The notes under the pieces were generated by a model. The model did no database searches, was not told where the DNA came from, and worked only from the letters and a program-made list of their open reading frames with translations. This document shows positions 43,357-53,653 of a stretch of DNA of 59,133 bases, piece by piece (the first letter of the stretch is position 1; each line of letters starts with the position of its first letter). A program made the translations under genes and the position numbers. Source of the stretch: Clostridia bacterium (GTDB lineage Bacteria; Bacillota; Clostridia; RGIG6154); the NCBI GenBank assembly GCA_045589295.1, contig JAZNOU010000014.1:1-59133 (forward strand), read 5' to 3'.

Positions 43357-43848
43357 TTATTTTAATAATTTTGTCAATCGACTTTTTTTAAGATAAAATA
43401 AAAGTATAAGTCCAAGCCCAAAGCATGATACAAGCTGACCTAACCCAACCTGAAGTGCAAAAACTGCAAATCCGGCAAGTGAAAATCCGCTTTCAGACAT
43501 AATAAAGCTTAAATATCCACCAACAACAATAGCGTTTAAAATGACAGGCGGAATAAGCGATATATATACGTTTTTTTTGAACTTGTATGTAAGAATAGCA
43601 GCAACCAAAGTTGTAAGACTGCCAAACACAATGTCAAACATCCCCATAGAGCCTATAATGTTTGAAATAAGGCACCCTAAAAAAAGACCTGGTATCGCAT
43701 AGGGCGTAAAGAGTGGTAAAATACAAAGACATTCTGCCACTCTGCATTGCACGGGACCAAAGCTAATTGGAGCAAGCAAAAGTGTTAATGCTGCATAAAG
43801 TGCGGCAATCACCGCAGAGAGTGTAATTTTTCTTATAGCAAATTTCAT
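43357..43848 (-). CDS. queT: QueT-family queuosine precursor transporter (ECF S component)
   Basis: AVIAALY, ISFGPVQCRVAE, GLFLGCLISN, DIVFGSLTT. Confidence 0.9.
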   Translation of the reverse strand: MKFAIRKITLSAVIAALYAALTLLLAPISFGPVQCRVAECLCILPLFTPYAIPGLFLGCLISNIIGSMGMFDIVFGSLTTLVAAILTYKFKKNVYISLIPPVILNAIVVGGYLSFIMSESGFSLAGFAVFALQVGLGQLVSCFGLGLILLFYLKKSRLTKLLK

Positions 43849-43882
43849 TTTTTATCTCCTGTAGAACATTTTTAAATTTATG

Positions 43883-44401
43883 TTATTTTACAAATTTGTT
43901 GTTAAGTGCGGTAAATTCATCCGCAATTTCGGTAAGCATCATTATGTAATCACGTCCGTCTTTGAGTTTTAAAACTCTGTTCATTGCTTTTTTGACGTTT
44001 TTAACAAAGATAGGTTCCAAATCCGATACGTTTAAGCTTCTTGCAAGAGGACAGATTTTTTTTGCCATAGGATTCATAACAAGCGTTAACCTGCCATTTT
44101 TAAGGTAAGGCATAAGCGGGAAAATTCTGCATGCAAGGGGACGGAATTTTCTATTACAGATACCATCACAGAAAAAAAGCTTTGCAACGGAATTTTCACC
44201 GAATTCACAGTTCGAATTTTCAATGCGCGCAAATTCAACATTTTGTAATAGCTTTTCTTCGCAAGGGAATAAAAGCATACCTGTTTCTTCATCAGAATCC
44301 TTGCAACAGGCACCGTCGCATAAAAGACCACAGTCTTTTTTTAGGGGGGTTATTCCGTCAAAAAGTTCGTAGATGGGTATATAAAAATCGTAAATATTCA
44401 T
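43883..44401 (-). CDS. YkgJ-like cysteine cluster (CxxxCxxxCC) metal-binding protein
   Basis: DCGLLCDGACC, CDGIC, RPLACRIFP, CPL. Confidence 0.7.
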   Translation of the reverse strand: MNIYDFYIPIYELFDGITPLKKDCGLLCDGACCKDSDEETGMLLFPCEEKLLQNVEFARIENSNCEFGENSVAKLFFCDGICNRKFRPLACRIFPLMPYLKNGRLTLVMNPMAKKICPLARSLNVSDLEPIFVKNVKKAMNRVLKLKDGRDYIMMLTEIADEFTALNNKFVK

Positions 44402-44423
44402 ACTATACCTTCTTTCTATTTTA

Positions 44424-44495
44424 ATTTTATACTATTTGCGGTAAAATGTCAATTAAAGCACTGCAATTGACAAAAAGTTAACTAACAAATATAAT
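44424..44495. promoter_or_regulatory. Back-to-back divergent sigma-A promoters
   Basis: Plus strand TTGACA(44467)-N17-TATAAT; minus strand TTGACA(44452)-N17-TAAAAT. Confidence 0.8.
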
Positions 44496-44515
44496 ATATA
44501 TGTTGAGGTGATAAA

Positions 44516-45805
44516 ATGACTCAGGCAGAAACAATAAAAAATGTTGATATTGCAGTAGTAGGTGGTGGAGCATCAGGCTTTGCGGCTTCAATCAGCGCGG
44601 CTGAAATAAATAAAGGCATAAAAATTGCGATATTGGAAAAAGGTCAAAGAACAGGAAGAAAGATTTTAGCAACAGGAAACGGCAGATGCAATCTTTCAAA
44701 CGAAGACATTTCCATTTCAAGATACCACGGAAAAAACAAGGAATTTGCACTCTTTGCACTTAAAAAATTTGACTTTGAAAAAACTATGGAGTTTTTTAAA
44801 GAAATAGGAATTTTGCCAACCTCATCAGAAGAAGGAAAAGTATATCCTATGAGCCTACAGTCATCGTCGGTAGTTGATATGCTCAGGATAAGAATTAAAC
44901 AGCTCGGAATTGAAGAAATAACGGAATTTGATGTTATAGATATTAATAAAAAAGGCGCTGGTTTTACATTAAAATCAGCAGATGGACAAACAGTAAGTGC
45001 AAAAAAAGTTATTTTATGTACAGGAGGAAAAGCGGCTCCCGAGTTTGGCACAGATGGAAGCGCATATAAACTGGCACAAAAATTGGGGCATAAATTGAAC
45101 GCTACTTTTCCTGCTCTTGTTCAGCTTAAATGTGATGTAAAAAGAGTGAGGGCATTAAAAGGCGTAAAGCTTATGGGCATGGCAACTCTTTTATGTGATA
45201 AAAAAGAAATAAGAAAAGAACACGGCGAAATAATGTTCACAGATTACGGACTTTCTGGTCCGCCGATTTTTCAATTGTCGCGAGGAGCGTCTGAGAACTT
45301 GTATAAAGGAAATAAAAATATTTTAGTAAAGATAGATTTGTTTCCGGAGTACAACTATATAGACATTGAAAACATTTTGTTTGAAAGAAGAAAAAATCTT
45401 TCTCAGGTTGAATGTGAACACTTTTTAAACGGAATGCTTAATAAACAAATTGCAAGGCAAATTTTAAAAGAGAGCGATGAAAATTTAAAACTTAACGTGC
45501 TTTCGGGAAAAATATCTGATAAGACAATTAAGATTTTAGCAAACAAGATGAAAAACTGGGAGTTTGAGATTATTGGAACTAACTCGTGGAAAAATGCACA
45601 GGTAACTGCAGGCGGAATTAACACGGACGACATAAACGAAAAAACAATGGAGTCAATCAAACAAAAAGGACTTTATTTTGCGGGCGAAATCCTGGATATT
45701 GATGGTGACTGCGGCGGATTTAATTTGCAATGGGCATGGTCAAGCGGTTTTTTGGCGGGGCAAAGTGCGGCAAAAAGTTTGGAGGGCAAAAATGATAATT
45801 TCTGA
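44516..45805 (+). CDS. HI0933/YhiN/BaiN-family flavoprotein
   Basis: GGGASG, GRKILATGNGRCN, FTDYGLSGP, VTAGG, DGDCGGFNLQWA. Confidence 0.92.
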   Translation: MTQAETIKNVDIAVVGGGASGFAASISAAEINKGIKIAILEKGQRTGRKILATGNGRCNLSNEDISISRYHGKNKEFALFALKKFDFEKTMEFFKEIGILPTSSEEGKVYPMSLQSSSVVDMLRIRIKQLGIEEITEFDVIDINKKGAGFTLKSADGQTVSAKKVILCTGGKAAPEFGTDGSAYKLAQKLGHKLNATFPALVQLKCDVKRVRALKGVKLMGMATLLCDKKEIRKEHGEIMFTDYGLSGPPIFQLSRGASENLYKGNKNILVKIDLFPEYNYIDIENILFERRKNLSQVECEHFLNGMLNKQIARQILKESDENLKLNVLSGKISDKTIKILANKMKNWEFEIIGTNSWKNAQVTAGGINTDDINEKTMESIKQKGLYFAGEILDIDGDCGGFNLQWAWSSGFLAGQSAAKSLEGKNDNF

Positions 45806-47324
45806 TATAAGACTTCCTTATACGCATACAATAGACCAGCTTGAGCATAAAATAAAGAATAAATGTAAGCTTAGACAAATATACAAATATGAAATACGTA
45901 AAAAATCTATTGATGCAAGAAATAAAAGCAATATTCTATATGTATATTCTGTCGAAGTTTATGACAAAAAGGAAGAATACATTCAAAAAAAGATACTTTT
46001 GGATAAAATAAAGGAAACTACGTGCAAATATAGACCTGTTATCATAGGAACAGGTCCGGCGGGGCTTTTCTGTGGTTTGTACTTAGCAAAAGCGGGGCTT
46101 TGTCCCATTTTACTTGAACAAGGCAGGACTGTTGAACAAAGGGTAAAGGATATTGATGCCTTTTGGCAACAAAGAAAGCTTGATGAAACCTCAAATGTAC
46201 AGTTTGGCGAGGGCGGTGCAGGAACATTTTCTGACGGTAAGCTTAACACAGGAATTTCAGGGTCACTTTCAAAAGAGGTTTTGGAAGTGTTTGCGCGTTT
46301 TGGAGCAGGAGAAGAAATAGTATATACTGCAAAACCGCACATCGGAACTGATGTCTTAAGAGATGTCATTGCCAATATGAGAAGCGAGATTATTTCCCTC
46401 GGCGGTGAGATTCGTTTTGGTTCAAAAATGACAGACTTTTCGGTGTCAGATGGAAAAGTAGAAAGTGTTTTTGCTGATAAAGAGTACAAAACGGATTGCC
46501 TTGTTCTTGCGATAGGTCATAGCGCAAGGGATACATTTGAGCTTTTACACAAAAAGGGTATGATGCTCGAACCAAAACCATTTTCTGTCGGTGTGAGAAT
46601 TGAACACCCGCAGAGTTTAATCAACATTGCACAGTACGGGATGGCTAAAAGTACGCTTCCTGCAGCTGATTATAAACTTTCTGAGCATTTATCTTCGGGT
46701 AGGGGTGTATATACTTTTTGTATGTGTCCGGGCGGCTTTGTTGTAGGTGCATCAAGCGAGAAAAATGGCGTTGTGACCAATGGTATGAGTTATCGCAAAA
46801 GAGATGGCGAAAATGCAAACAGCGCACTGCTTGTGAGTGTATCACCCGAAGATTTTATGAAAAAATCTGCTCTTTCGGGAATAGATTTTCAACGTGAGAT
46901 TGAAAAAAGGGCATTCTTTGAGGGCGGTGAAAATTACAATGCCCCGTGTCAGCTTTTGGGTGATTTTCTTAAAAATCAAAACTCGGAATGTTTTGGAAAA
47001 GTAAATCCAACATACCTCCCCGGAGTTAAAAAAGCAGATATTACGAGAATTTTACCTGAATTTGTGCGCGACTCTTTAAAACAGGCAATTGTTAAAATGG
47101 CAAACAAAATCAAAGATTTTGATTTGTATGATGCGGTGTTAACTGCGGCGGAAACTAGAAGCTCGTCTCCGCTTCGCATTTTGCGTAACGAAAGGTTTGA
47201 ATCAAGTATTTCGGGTGTGTTCCCAGCCGGCGAGGGTGCAGGATACGCAGGAGGAATTACTTCAAGCGCTGTTGACGGCATTAAAATCGCACTTGAAATT
47301 ATTGAAAGACACAGTAAATCATAG
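45792..47324 (+). CDS. FAD-dependent oxidoreductase, uncharacterised family
   Basis: GTGPAG, FGEGGAGTFSDGKL, FCMCPGG, ETRSSSP, GEGAGYAGGI; ATG 45792 follows GGAGG. Confidence 0.9.
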   Translation: MIISDIRLPYTHTIDQLEHKIKNKCKLRQIYKYEIRKKSIDARNKSNILYVYSVEVYDKKEEYIQKKILLDKIKETTCKYRPVIIGTGPAGLFCGLYLAKAGLCPILLEQGRTVEQRVKDIDAFWQQRKLDETSNVQFGEGGAGTFSDGKLNTGISGSLSKEVLEVFARFGAGEEIVYTAKPHIGTDVLRDVIANMRSEIISLGGEIRFGSKMTDFSVSDGKVESVFADKEYKTDCLVLAIGHSARDTFELLHKKGMMLEPKPFSVGVRIEHPQSLINIAQYGMAKSTLPAADYKLSEHLSSGRGVYTFCMCPGGFVVGASSEKNGVVTNGMSYRKRDGENANSALLVSVSPEDFMKKSALSGIDFQREIEKRAFFEGGENYNAPCQLLGDFLKNQNSECFGKVNPTYLPGVKKADITRILPEFVRDSLKQAIVKMANKIKDFDLYDAVLTAAETRSSSPLRILRNERFESSISGVFPAGEGAGYAGGITSSAVDGIKIALEIIERHSKS

Positions 47325-47568
47325 TTAAAGCAGATAAAAATGCAAATATTGCGGCGGTTACTTTAAACGCCGCATATTTTTTACCTGATTTCGCATTTTG
47401 ACGTACGGCATATTTCTTGCTGAATTCGTTTACAATATTATTTGCTTCATTAACCAAAACGTCCTCACTGCTTCTTGCAGTGGCTTTTATATAAAATACC
47501 GCTTGTTCAAAGTATCCTGAGTCTAAATCCGACAGGATTATAACTCGTTTATTTGTGGTTTTTTTCAA
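47299..47568 (-). CDS. Small hypothetical protein with C-terminal TM helix
   Basis: AAGGAG RBS, TTG start, KRVIIL...YFEQAVFYIK core, hydrophobic C-terminus. Confidence 0.7.
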   Translation of the reverse strand: MKKTTNKRVIILSDLDSGYFEQAVFYIKATARSSEDVLVNEANNIVNEFSKKYAVRQNAKSGKKYAAFKVTAAIFAFLSALTMIYCVFQ

Positions 47569-47657
47569 ATATTACAACTCCTTTAACTCGGAAATTAATT
47601 GTATTTATATTATTACATTTTTTTGGCATTTTAAACCTCTTTTTTTGGCTGTTTTTC

Positions 47658-47686
47658 TTGACTTTACGGCAGTTTTGGACTATTAT
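47658..47686 (+). promoter_or_regulatory. Sigma-A promoter of the pgm operon
   Basis: TTGACT-N17-TATTAT. Confidence 0.65.
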
Positions 47687-47723
47687 ATATATGTAGGAAT
47701 TTTTAAAAGAAAGGTTGTTGAAT

Positions 47724-49469
47724 ATGACACATGCATTAGAACTTTACAACAAATGGCTTGCTTATGATAAGTTGGATGCTGAGCTTAAGGCACAGCTTGA
47801 GGAAATTAAAGATAGTGAAGAAGAAATAAACGAACGATTTTATTGCGAACTTAGTTTTGGTACTGCGGGACTTCGCGGAATAATCGGTGCCGGAACAAAC
47901 AGAATGAACATATATGTGGTTAAAAGAGCAACACAGGGACTTGCAGATGTTATCTCAAAAGAGGGACAAGAAGCAAAAAACAGAGGGGTTGCAATTGCAT
48001 ACGATTCAAGACTTTATTCAGACCGTTTTGCAAAAGAGGCGGCATTGGTGCTTGCTGCTAATGGAATAAAAGCATATCTTTTTGACGAATTAAGACCAAC
48101 TCCTGAACTTTCATTTACCATAAGACATTTAAATTGTATTTCAGGAATTATTGTTACTGCAAGTCACAACCCTGCAAAGTACAATGGGTATAAGGTGTAC
48201 TGGGAAGATGGTGCACAACTTCCTCCTGAGTTTGCAGATGAAGTTTTGAAAAATATTAATGAAACTGATATTTTTGATGGTGTAAAGAGTATGCCTGAAA
48301 AAGAAGCACTTGAAAAGGGGCTCTTAACCATAATCGGCAAAGAGGTTGACGAAGCGTACTTAAACAGTGTTTTTGCACAGAGCATAAACAAGGATTTGGT
48401 AGAAAAAATTGCAGATGATTTTAAAATTGTTTACACTCCGTTTCATGGTGCGGGCAATAAGCCTGTAAGGAAAATTCTTGAAATGATAGGAGTAAAGAAC
48501 GTTTACGTTGTTAAAGAACAGGAACTTCCTGATCCTATGTTTTCAACAGTAAAATCGCCTAATCCTGAAAACCCCGAAGGTTTTTCTTATGCAATTGAAC
48601 TTGCAAATAAGGTTGGCAGTTCTCTTATAATTGCAACAGACCCTGACAGTGACAGAATGGGAACAATGGTAAGAAATTCTGAAGGACAGTTTATTCCTAT
48701 TTCCGGAAATCATATGGGCGTTTTACTTATAAACTACGTTTTATCACAAAGACAGCAAAAAGGATTGTTGCCACAAAATCCTGTTGTTATAAAAACAGTT
48801 GTTACAACAGAGCTTGCGGCAAAAGTATGTGAAAAATACGGAATTGAGATAACAAATGTTTTAACAGGGTTTAAATTCATCGGTGAAATTATAAAAGGCC
48901 TTGAAGAGAACGGAAGAGAACACGATTTTGTGTTTGGTTATGAAGAAAGTTATGGTTATCTTTGCGGAAGTTATGCAAGAGATAAAGATGCAGTTGTTGC
49001 ATCAATGCTTGTGGCAGAAATGGCAGCATATTATGCACAAAGAAATATGACCCTTTATGATGGTCTGGTAGAGCTTTACCAAGAATTCGGATATTTTAAC
49101 GAGCTTCAGCACTCTGTTGTTTTAGAGGGTATGGAGGGTATTAAGAAAATTGCGTCTATGATGCAGCAACTTAAGGAAAATCCTATAAAAGAAGTAAACG
49201 GCGAAAAAGTTATAAGAATTGATGATTACAGCAAAGGTGTGACGACAGACTTGTTAACCGGAGAAACAAAAGAAATTAACCTTCCTAAGTCTGATGTTTT
49301 AGCATTTTATTTGCCAGATAACAAAAAATTTATTGTACGTCCTTCGGGAACTGAGCCAAAGATTAAATACTATTTCTTTGTTAAGGGAAACGATGAAGCG
49401 GATGCAAAGCAAATTATGGATAAATTAAGCAAGGCGGTTCTTGATATAACAGGTGATTTGCTTAAGTAA
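47724..49469 (+). CDS. pgm: Phosphoglucomutase/phosphomannomutase
   Basis: FGTAGLRG, TASHNP, DPDSDR, GYEESYG, RPSGTEPKIK. Confidence 0.93.
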   Translation: MTHALELYNKWLAYDKLDAELKAQLEEIKDSEEEINERFYCELSFGTAGLRGIIGAGTNRMNIYVVKRATQGLADVISKEGQEAKNRGVAIAYDSRLYSDRFAKEAALVLAANGIKAYLFDELRPTPELSFTIRHLNCISGIIVTASHNPAKYNGYKVYWEDGAQLPPEFADEVLKNINETDIFDGVKSMPEKEALEKGLLTIIGKEVDEAYLNSVFAQSINKDLVEKIADDFKIVYTPFHGAGNKPVRKILEMIGVKNVYVVKEQELPDPMFSTVKSPNPENPEGFSYAIELANKVGSSLIIATDPDSDRMGTMVRNSEGQFIPISGNHMGVLLINYVLSQRQQKGLLPQNPVVIKTVVTTELAAKVCEKYGIEITNVLTGFKFIGEIIKGLEENGREHDFVFGYEESYGYLCGSYARDKDAVVASMLVAEMAAYYAQRNMTLYDGLVELYQEFGYFNELQHSVVLEGMEGIKKIASMMQQLKENPIKEVNGEKVIRIDDYSKGVTTDLLTGETKEINLPKSDVLAFYLPDNKKFIVRPSGTEPKIKYYFFVKGNDEADAKQIMDKLSKAVLDITGDLLK

Positions 49470-49485
49470 GAAAGAGGTTTAAAAG

Positions 49486-51504
49486 TTGGAAACAGTAATG
49501 AAAAAAATATCATATCCGGTTATAGCACTCATGCTTGCGCTTCCGGTTATGTTCAGGGGTTTGTTTTTTGAGTATGATTTTTCGGTCTATGCGGTAATTG
49601 CACTGATTGTTGTTGCGGTATTGGCTTTATTGTCAAAAGGCATAAAATTTAATGTATTAACTGATACAGCTCTTGCAGTTTTTGTCGGACTTTACGGACT
49701 TTTGTGCCTGTTTGGCGTCAATAAAGGATTGGCAATTACGGAGTTTTTGAAATACTCGGCAGTATTTTTAATTTATTTTGCGGTAAAAGGTGTTGCAAAA
49801 GATGAAGGCGGCAAGGTTAGTGTGATGTATGCCGTTGTTCTGGCGGCGGGTGTATCATCAATAATTTCGCTTTTAACTGCGGTGGGTGTTGTAAACTATG
49901 GCGGCGCATATTCAGCATCTGAAATCGAAAAGTGGCTTAATGGTACCGTTCAGTATCATAATGCGTTTGGTGCACTTACAGTTACGGCACTTTTTATGAG
50001 TTGTGCACTTAATAAAAATAACTCAAAATGGATTAAAGGCACAAATGCTGTTTTCGGATATTTCATAGCATTTGGTATGCTTATGTCATATTCAAGAGGT
50101 GCGTGGGTTACCGCACCTATTGCATTTATCGTTTATATGATTTTTGCAGATAAAGAAACAAGACTTTCGTTTTTTGAAGTTGTTGTGCCGGGTATAGTTG
50201 CATCAATTGTTGTGCTTGGAAAATTTGCAGCTTTTGTAGAGCTTGGAAACAAGGGCTATGCAATCTTGTGTCTTTTAGCAGGATTTGTGATTTATGCAGT
50301 GCTTTATATTTTAGTAAATGTAATCTTTAAATTCTTTAAGGGTATGAAATATTTCAACGCAGTAGCAGTGGGTATTGTTGCTGCGGTTGTGGCACTTGCA
50401 GGTGCGATTGTGCTTGTTCCGCAAGCTTTTTCGGGCATTTTGCCGGCTCAGCTTATGGAAAGACTCTCAGGAATAAGCTTTGGTGCAGAAACCGTAAAAG
50501 AACGTTTTGTATTTTATAAAGATGCACTGAGTATTGCAAAGCAAAGCCCTGTTTTCGGATTTGGCGGAGGCGCATGGCAGGACCTTTATGGTGCGCACCA
50601 GTCATACTACTATAGCTCAAGTCAGGCACACAGCTATATTATGCAGGTGCTTGTTGAAATAGGTGTGTTAGGTCTTTTGGCATGGCTTTTGACCATAGTT
50701 ATTTTCTATGTAATTGCAACAAAACTTTTGATTAAAAAGCAAGCAGACAGAAAAGTTTTAGCAGGTGTAGTTTCTGCTGTGACTGTTTTAGTTGCTCATA
50801 GCTTAATTGACTTTGACCTTTCAATTACTGCAATTTTAATTATTTTATTTGCACTTTTGGCAGTTGTTTTTGCATATAACGAAGAAACTGAATATAAAAT
50901 CAGCAAATATGTGGGTGTAGGTGTATGCGCAGTGTTAATAATTACTTTTATTTTAAACATTGTAGCTTTGAATGCGTATACAAAGGGTGGAAAGTTCCTG
51001 GAAAATCAGCAGTACAAGTTGGCATATAACGAATTTGCAAAAAGCTCTGCTTTAAGGCCGTTTGATGCTAATGCACTTTCTTACAAGGCGCTTGCTATGG
51101 CATACAAAGCAGAAAGTATTGCAGACCGTGAGCAGATTGTTAAAGATATGGACAAGGCAGAAGCTCTAGCGCCTAAAAATATTCTTACAAATCAGAATGC
51201 ACTTTCGGTATATTCAAAACTTGGTGCTTATAGTGTTGCTATGGATTATGCAAGAAAAATTGTAGAACTTCAGCCTATGAATTTTGAGAACTACACTTCG
51301 TACCTTATGTCAGGGTATCAGGTTGTTCAGTTCTATTACAGGGGCGATAATCCTGCTTTGGCAAAGAAAATTTCGGACGAGGTTCTTACCATAAAGGATT
51401 TTGTTGATGATTTAAACTCAAAACGACTTGAAAAAATAGAATTTACTAAGGATATGCAAGAAGTTCTCATGTATTTTCAGGTTGTAAGTTATAACGTAAA
51501 ATGA
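49486..51504 (+). CDS. O-antigen ligase (Wzy_C) family protein with C-terminal TPR-like region; putative O-oligosaccharyltransferase
   Basis: GTVQYHN, SYSRGAW, ERFVFY, PVFGFGGG, AHSYIMQVLVEIG, HSLIDFD; helical C-terminus. Confidence 0.85.
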   Translation: METVMKKISYPVIALMLALPVMFRGLFFEYDFSVYAVIALIVVAVLALLSKGIKFNVLTDTALAVFVGLYGLLCLFGVNKGLAITEFLKYSAVFLIYFAVKGVAKDEGGKVSVMYAVVLAAGVSSIISLLTAVGVVNYGGAYSASEIEKWLNGTVQYHNAFGALTVTALFMSCALNKNNSKWIKGTNAVFGYFIAFGMLMSYSRGAWVTAPIAFIVYMIFADKETRLSFFEVVVPGIVASIVVLGKFAAFVELGNKGYAILCLLAGFVIYAVLYILVNVIFKFFKGMKYFNAVAVGIVAAVVALAGAIVLVPQAFSGILPAQLMERLSGISFGAETVKERFVFYKDALSIAKQSPVFGFGGGAWQDLYGAHQSYYYSSSQAHSYIMQVLVEIGVLGLLAWLLTIVIFYVIATKLLIKKQADRKVLAGVVSAVTVLVAHSLIDFDLSITAILIILFALLAVVFAYNEETEYKISKYVGVGVCAVLIITFILNIVALNAYTKGGKFLENQQYKLAYNEFAKSSALRPFDANALSYKALAMAYKAESIADREQIVKDMDKAEALAPKNILTNQNALSVYSKLGAYSVAMDYARKIVELQPMNFENYTSYLMSGYQVVQFYYRGDNPALAKKISDEVLTIKDFVDDLNSKRLEKIEFTKDMQEVLMYFQVVSYNVK

Positions 51505-52295
51505 TTTCTGTAATAATTGTAAATTATAACACAAAAGAGCTTTTGAAAAGGTGCGTTGAAACAGTAAAAAACACTTGTCAAAATGCCGAGATAATTGTTG
51601 TTGATAATGCCTCTACAGATGGAAGCAGTGAAGTTATCAAAGCACTTGGGGTAAAGTATGTTTTACTTAAAGAAAATCTTGGTTTTTCAAAAGCAAATAA
51701 TATAGGCATCAAAGAGGCAACAGGAGAAGCCATTTTGTTTTTAAATCCCGATACGGTGGTTTTGGGCAAAACTCTTGACAGATGTTTTGAATTTTTACAA
51801 AAAAACCAAGATACAGGCGCAGTTGGGTGTAAGGTGGTTTTGGCTGAAGGCGGTATGGACAAGGCTTGCAAAAGAAAGTTTCCAACGCCCTTTAATTCGT
51901 TCTGTACACTGTCAAAAATAAGCAAAGTTTTTCCAAGACTTGGCTATAACCTCACTTATTTTGATGATAATGGAGTTTACGAGGTTGATTGCTTAGTTGG
52001 CGCATTTATGATGTGCTCAGGAAAAGCAATTGAGGTAACGGGCGGATTTGATGAAGACTTTTTTATGTATGGTGAAGACATTGACTTATGTCTCAGAATT
52101 AAAAAGGCTGGTCTTAAAATCTGGTACCTTGGAGATGTTGAAATTATTCACGTTAAGGGTGCTGTCGGAAAAAGGAGCAAAAAGGCGAAAGAAGCCTTTT
52201 ACGACAGTATGAGTATTTATTATAAAAAACATTTTAAAAAAGGCATATTTACTGCTTTGGTTGATATTGGTGTTAAAATTTTAAAGAAGGTTTGA
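51501..52295 (+). CDS. GT2 glycosyltransferase (WbbL/rhamnosyltransferase-like)
   Basis: IVNYN, VVDNASTDGS, FLNPD, FDEDFFMYGEDIDLC. Confidence 0.9.
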   Translation: MISVIIVNYNTKELLKRCVETVKNTCQNAEIIVVDNASTDGSSEVIKALGVKYVLLKENLGFSKANNIGIKEATGEAILFLNPDTVVLGKTLDRCFEFLQKNQDTGAVGCKVVLAEGGMDKACKRKFPTPFNSFCTLSKISKVFPRLGYNLTYFDDNGVYEVDCLVGAFMMCSGKAIEVTGGFDEDFFMYGEDIDLCLRIKKAGLKIWYLGDVEIIHVKGAVGKRSKKAKEAFYDSMSIYYKKHFKKGIFTALVDIGVKILKKV

Positions 52296-52299
52296 TTAA

Positions 52300-53643
52300 A
52301 TGCTTAGACAAAATGCGATAATACTTAATGCAGTTAAAATAATATTGGACTGCCTATTTGTTGTGTTCTCATTTTTTGTTTCGTGGACAGTGAGGTTTGG
52401 TACGGGGCTTTTTGCAGACGTTCCCCATCTTCCTTTTGAAAGATATATTGCACTTTTGTACGTCGCACTACCTGCGTTTGTTATATGTCAGTATGCTTTC
52501 AAAATGTACTCTTCGGTCAGAAGGACAAGCATTATAAATGAGTGGTATAACTGCTTTAAAAGTGCGTTTGTTACAGGGTTAATCATTGTAGGCGGAATAT
52601 TTATTTTAAAGCTTTCTGACTTTGCACGTAGTTTTGTGGTTATTTTTGCATTTTCGAGTGCTTTGTGCGTTGCAATTCAGAGAGGATTTTTAAGGCTTAT
52701 TCTTAAAATGTTCAGAGAAAAAGGGTTTAATGTCCGCTATGTTGTGGTAATAGGTGATACAGATTACGCGGATAAATATATAAAGGCAATCTCAAAGCAC
52801 AAAGAGATGGGTTATAAGATTTTTGAGGTTTTAAAAAAGGCGGATTTTGTTTTGCTACAAGATTTGCTTACGAAGAATATTATTGACGAAGTGGTAATTG
52901 CCATTGATGTAAAAGAGTATGAAAGTCTTGGTAAAATTCTTGCTATTTGCGAAAAGTGCGGTGTTAAATCTTCTATTATTCCAAGCTATACAAATTATGT
53001 TCCGTCAAAGCCTCAGATCGATGAAATTGACGGTATACCTCTTATAAATACAAGATATATCCCGCTTGACAATATGCTTTATTCGTTCGTTAAAAATGCA
53101 TTTGACTTTTTTACAGCTCTTGTTTTGTGCGTGTTACTTTCTCCTGTTATGCTTGTAATTGCAATAGCAGTTAAGCTTTCAAGCGAGGGTGAAATTTTGT
53201 TTAAACAAGAGAGAGTAGGCTTTGGCGGAGAGAAATTTACTATTTACAAATTCAGAAGTATGAAAGTGGGGACATCAACTGATGGGTGGACAGTAAAAGA
53301 CGACCCAAGACGCACAAAAGTGGGCGAGTTTTTAAGAAAAACCAATTTGGATGAACTTCCTCAGCTTTTTAATGTATTAAAGGGACAAATGAGTTTGATA
53401 GGTCCGCGCCCTGAACAGGTTGGTTATGTGGAGCAGTTTAGAGAAGAAATTCCAAAATATATGATAAAACACCGTGTAAAACCCGGCATTACGGGTTGGG
53501 CACAGGTTAATGGCCTTCGCGGTGACACATCTATTGAAGAAAGAATTAAAAAGGATATTTATTACATAGAAAACTGGAGTATAGGATTTGATATTAAAAT
53601 TCTTTTTATGACAGTTTTCGGTAAAAACAAAAATGCGTATTAA
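52300..53643 (+). CDS. Undecaprenyl-phosphate hexose-1-P transferase (WcaJ/WbaP type)
   Basis: 4+1 TM layout, KFRSM, DELPQLFNV, GPRPE, KPGITGWAQ. Confidence 0.93.
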   Translation: MLRQNAIILNAVKIILDCLFVVFSFFVSWTVRFGTGLFADVPHLPFERYIALLYVALPAFVICQYAFKMYSSVRRTSIINEWYNCFKSAFVTGLIIVGGIFILKLSDFARSFVVIFAFSSALCVAIQRGFLRLILKMFREKGFNVRYVVVIGDTDYADKYIKAISKHKEMGYKIFEVLKKADFVLLQDLLTKNIIDEVVIAIDVKEYESLGKILAICEKCGVKSSIIPSYTNYVPSKPQIDEIDGIPLINTRYIPLDNMLYSFVKNAFDFFTALVLCVLLSPVMLVIAIAVKLSSEGEILFKQERVGFGGEKFTIYKFRSMKVGTSTDGWTVKDDPRRTKVGEFLRKTNLDELPQLFNVLKGQMSLIGPRPEQVGYVEQFREEIPKYMIKHRVKPGITGWAQVNGLRGDTSIEERIKKDIYYIENWSIGFDIKILFMTVFGKNKNAY

Positions 53644-53653
53644 GGAGGTAAAA

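Noticed and set aside
43849-43882. Expected preQ1 riboswitch before queT
   Set aside because: The 34-bp AT-rich spacer has no preQ1 stem-loop signature.
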